From NCBI RefSeq assembly GCF_011386835.1, contig NC_088812.1, forward strand, positions 2,852,001-2,916,000: a DNA stretch of 64,000 bases. The letters run 5' to 3'. The translations under genes were made by a program, and so were the position numbers. The DNA comes from Chrysemys picta bellii. Its lineage: Eukaryota. Positions 63,889 to 64,000 of the stretch are shown here, one piece after another (the first letter of the stretch is position 1; each line of letters begins with the position of its first letter). Below the pieces are notes generated by a model. It worked only from the letters and a program-made list of their open reading frames with translations. It had not been told where the DNA came from and ran no database searches.

Positions 63889-64000
63889 GTAAGCAAAGCG
63901 GCTCCGAAGCCCCAGCTGACTCATTGCGGGTCCTTAAGGAACTCTGTGGTCTGGCCCGGCTAGATCCAGCCCGGGATGTGCCCAGGCTGTTCCCCCGAAT

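Overview
This is a GC-rich vertebrate genomic window, most likely from a turtle (inferred from turtle-type CR1, Penelope, hAT and MIR repeats and from orthologue similarity). It holds five intron-containing genes, reconstructed by hand from splice sites and reading phase. NACC1 (-) is partial, with 4 coding exons. MAN2B1 (+) is complete, with 24 exons and 998 aa. TRMT1 (-) is complete, with 16 coding exons and about 663 aa. WDR83OS/Asterix (-) is complete, with 4 exons and 106 aa. WDR83 (+) is partial, with 4 coding exons. Two 500-N gaps exactly bracket the MAN2B1+TRMT1 block, and flipping that block restores both human-type adjacencies. The most notable sequence-level observations are an intact minimal hammerhead ribozyme in an inverted Penelope-like repeat, a TRMT1 C-terminal CCCH zinc finger that has lost two of its four ligands, five in-frame tandem splice acceptors in NACC1, and tandem repeats that multiply CTCF-like motifs. 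Most long ORFs in the supplied track are artefacts of GC-rich tandem repeats. Comparisons with human genes are from memory and were not computed.
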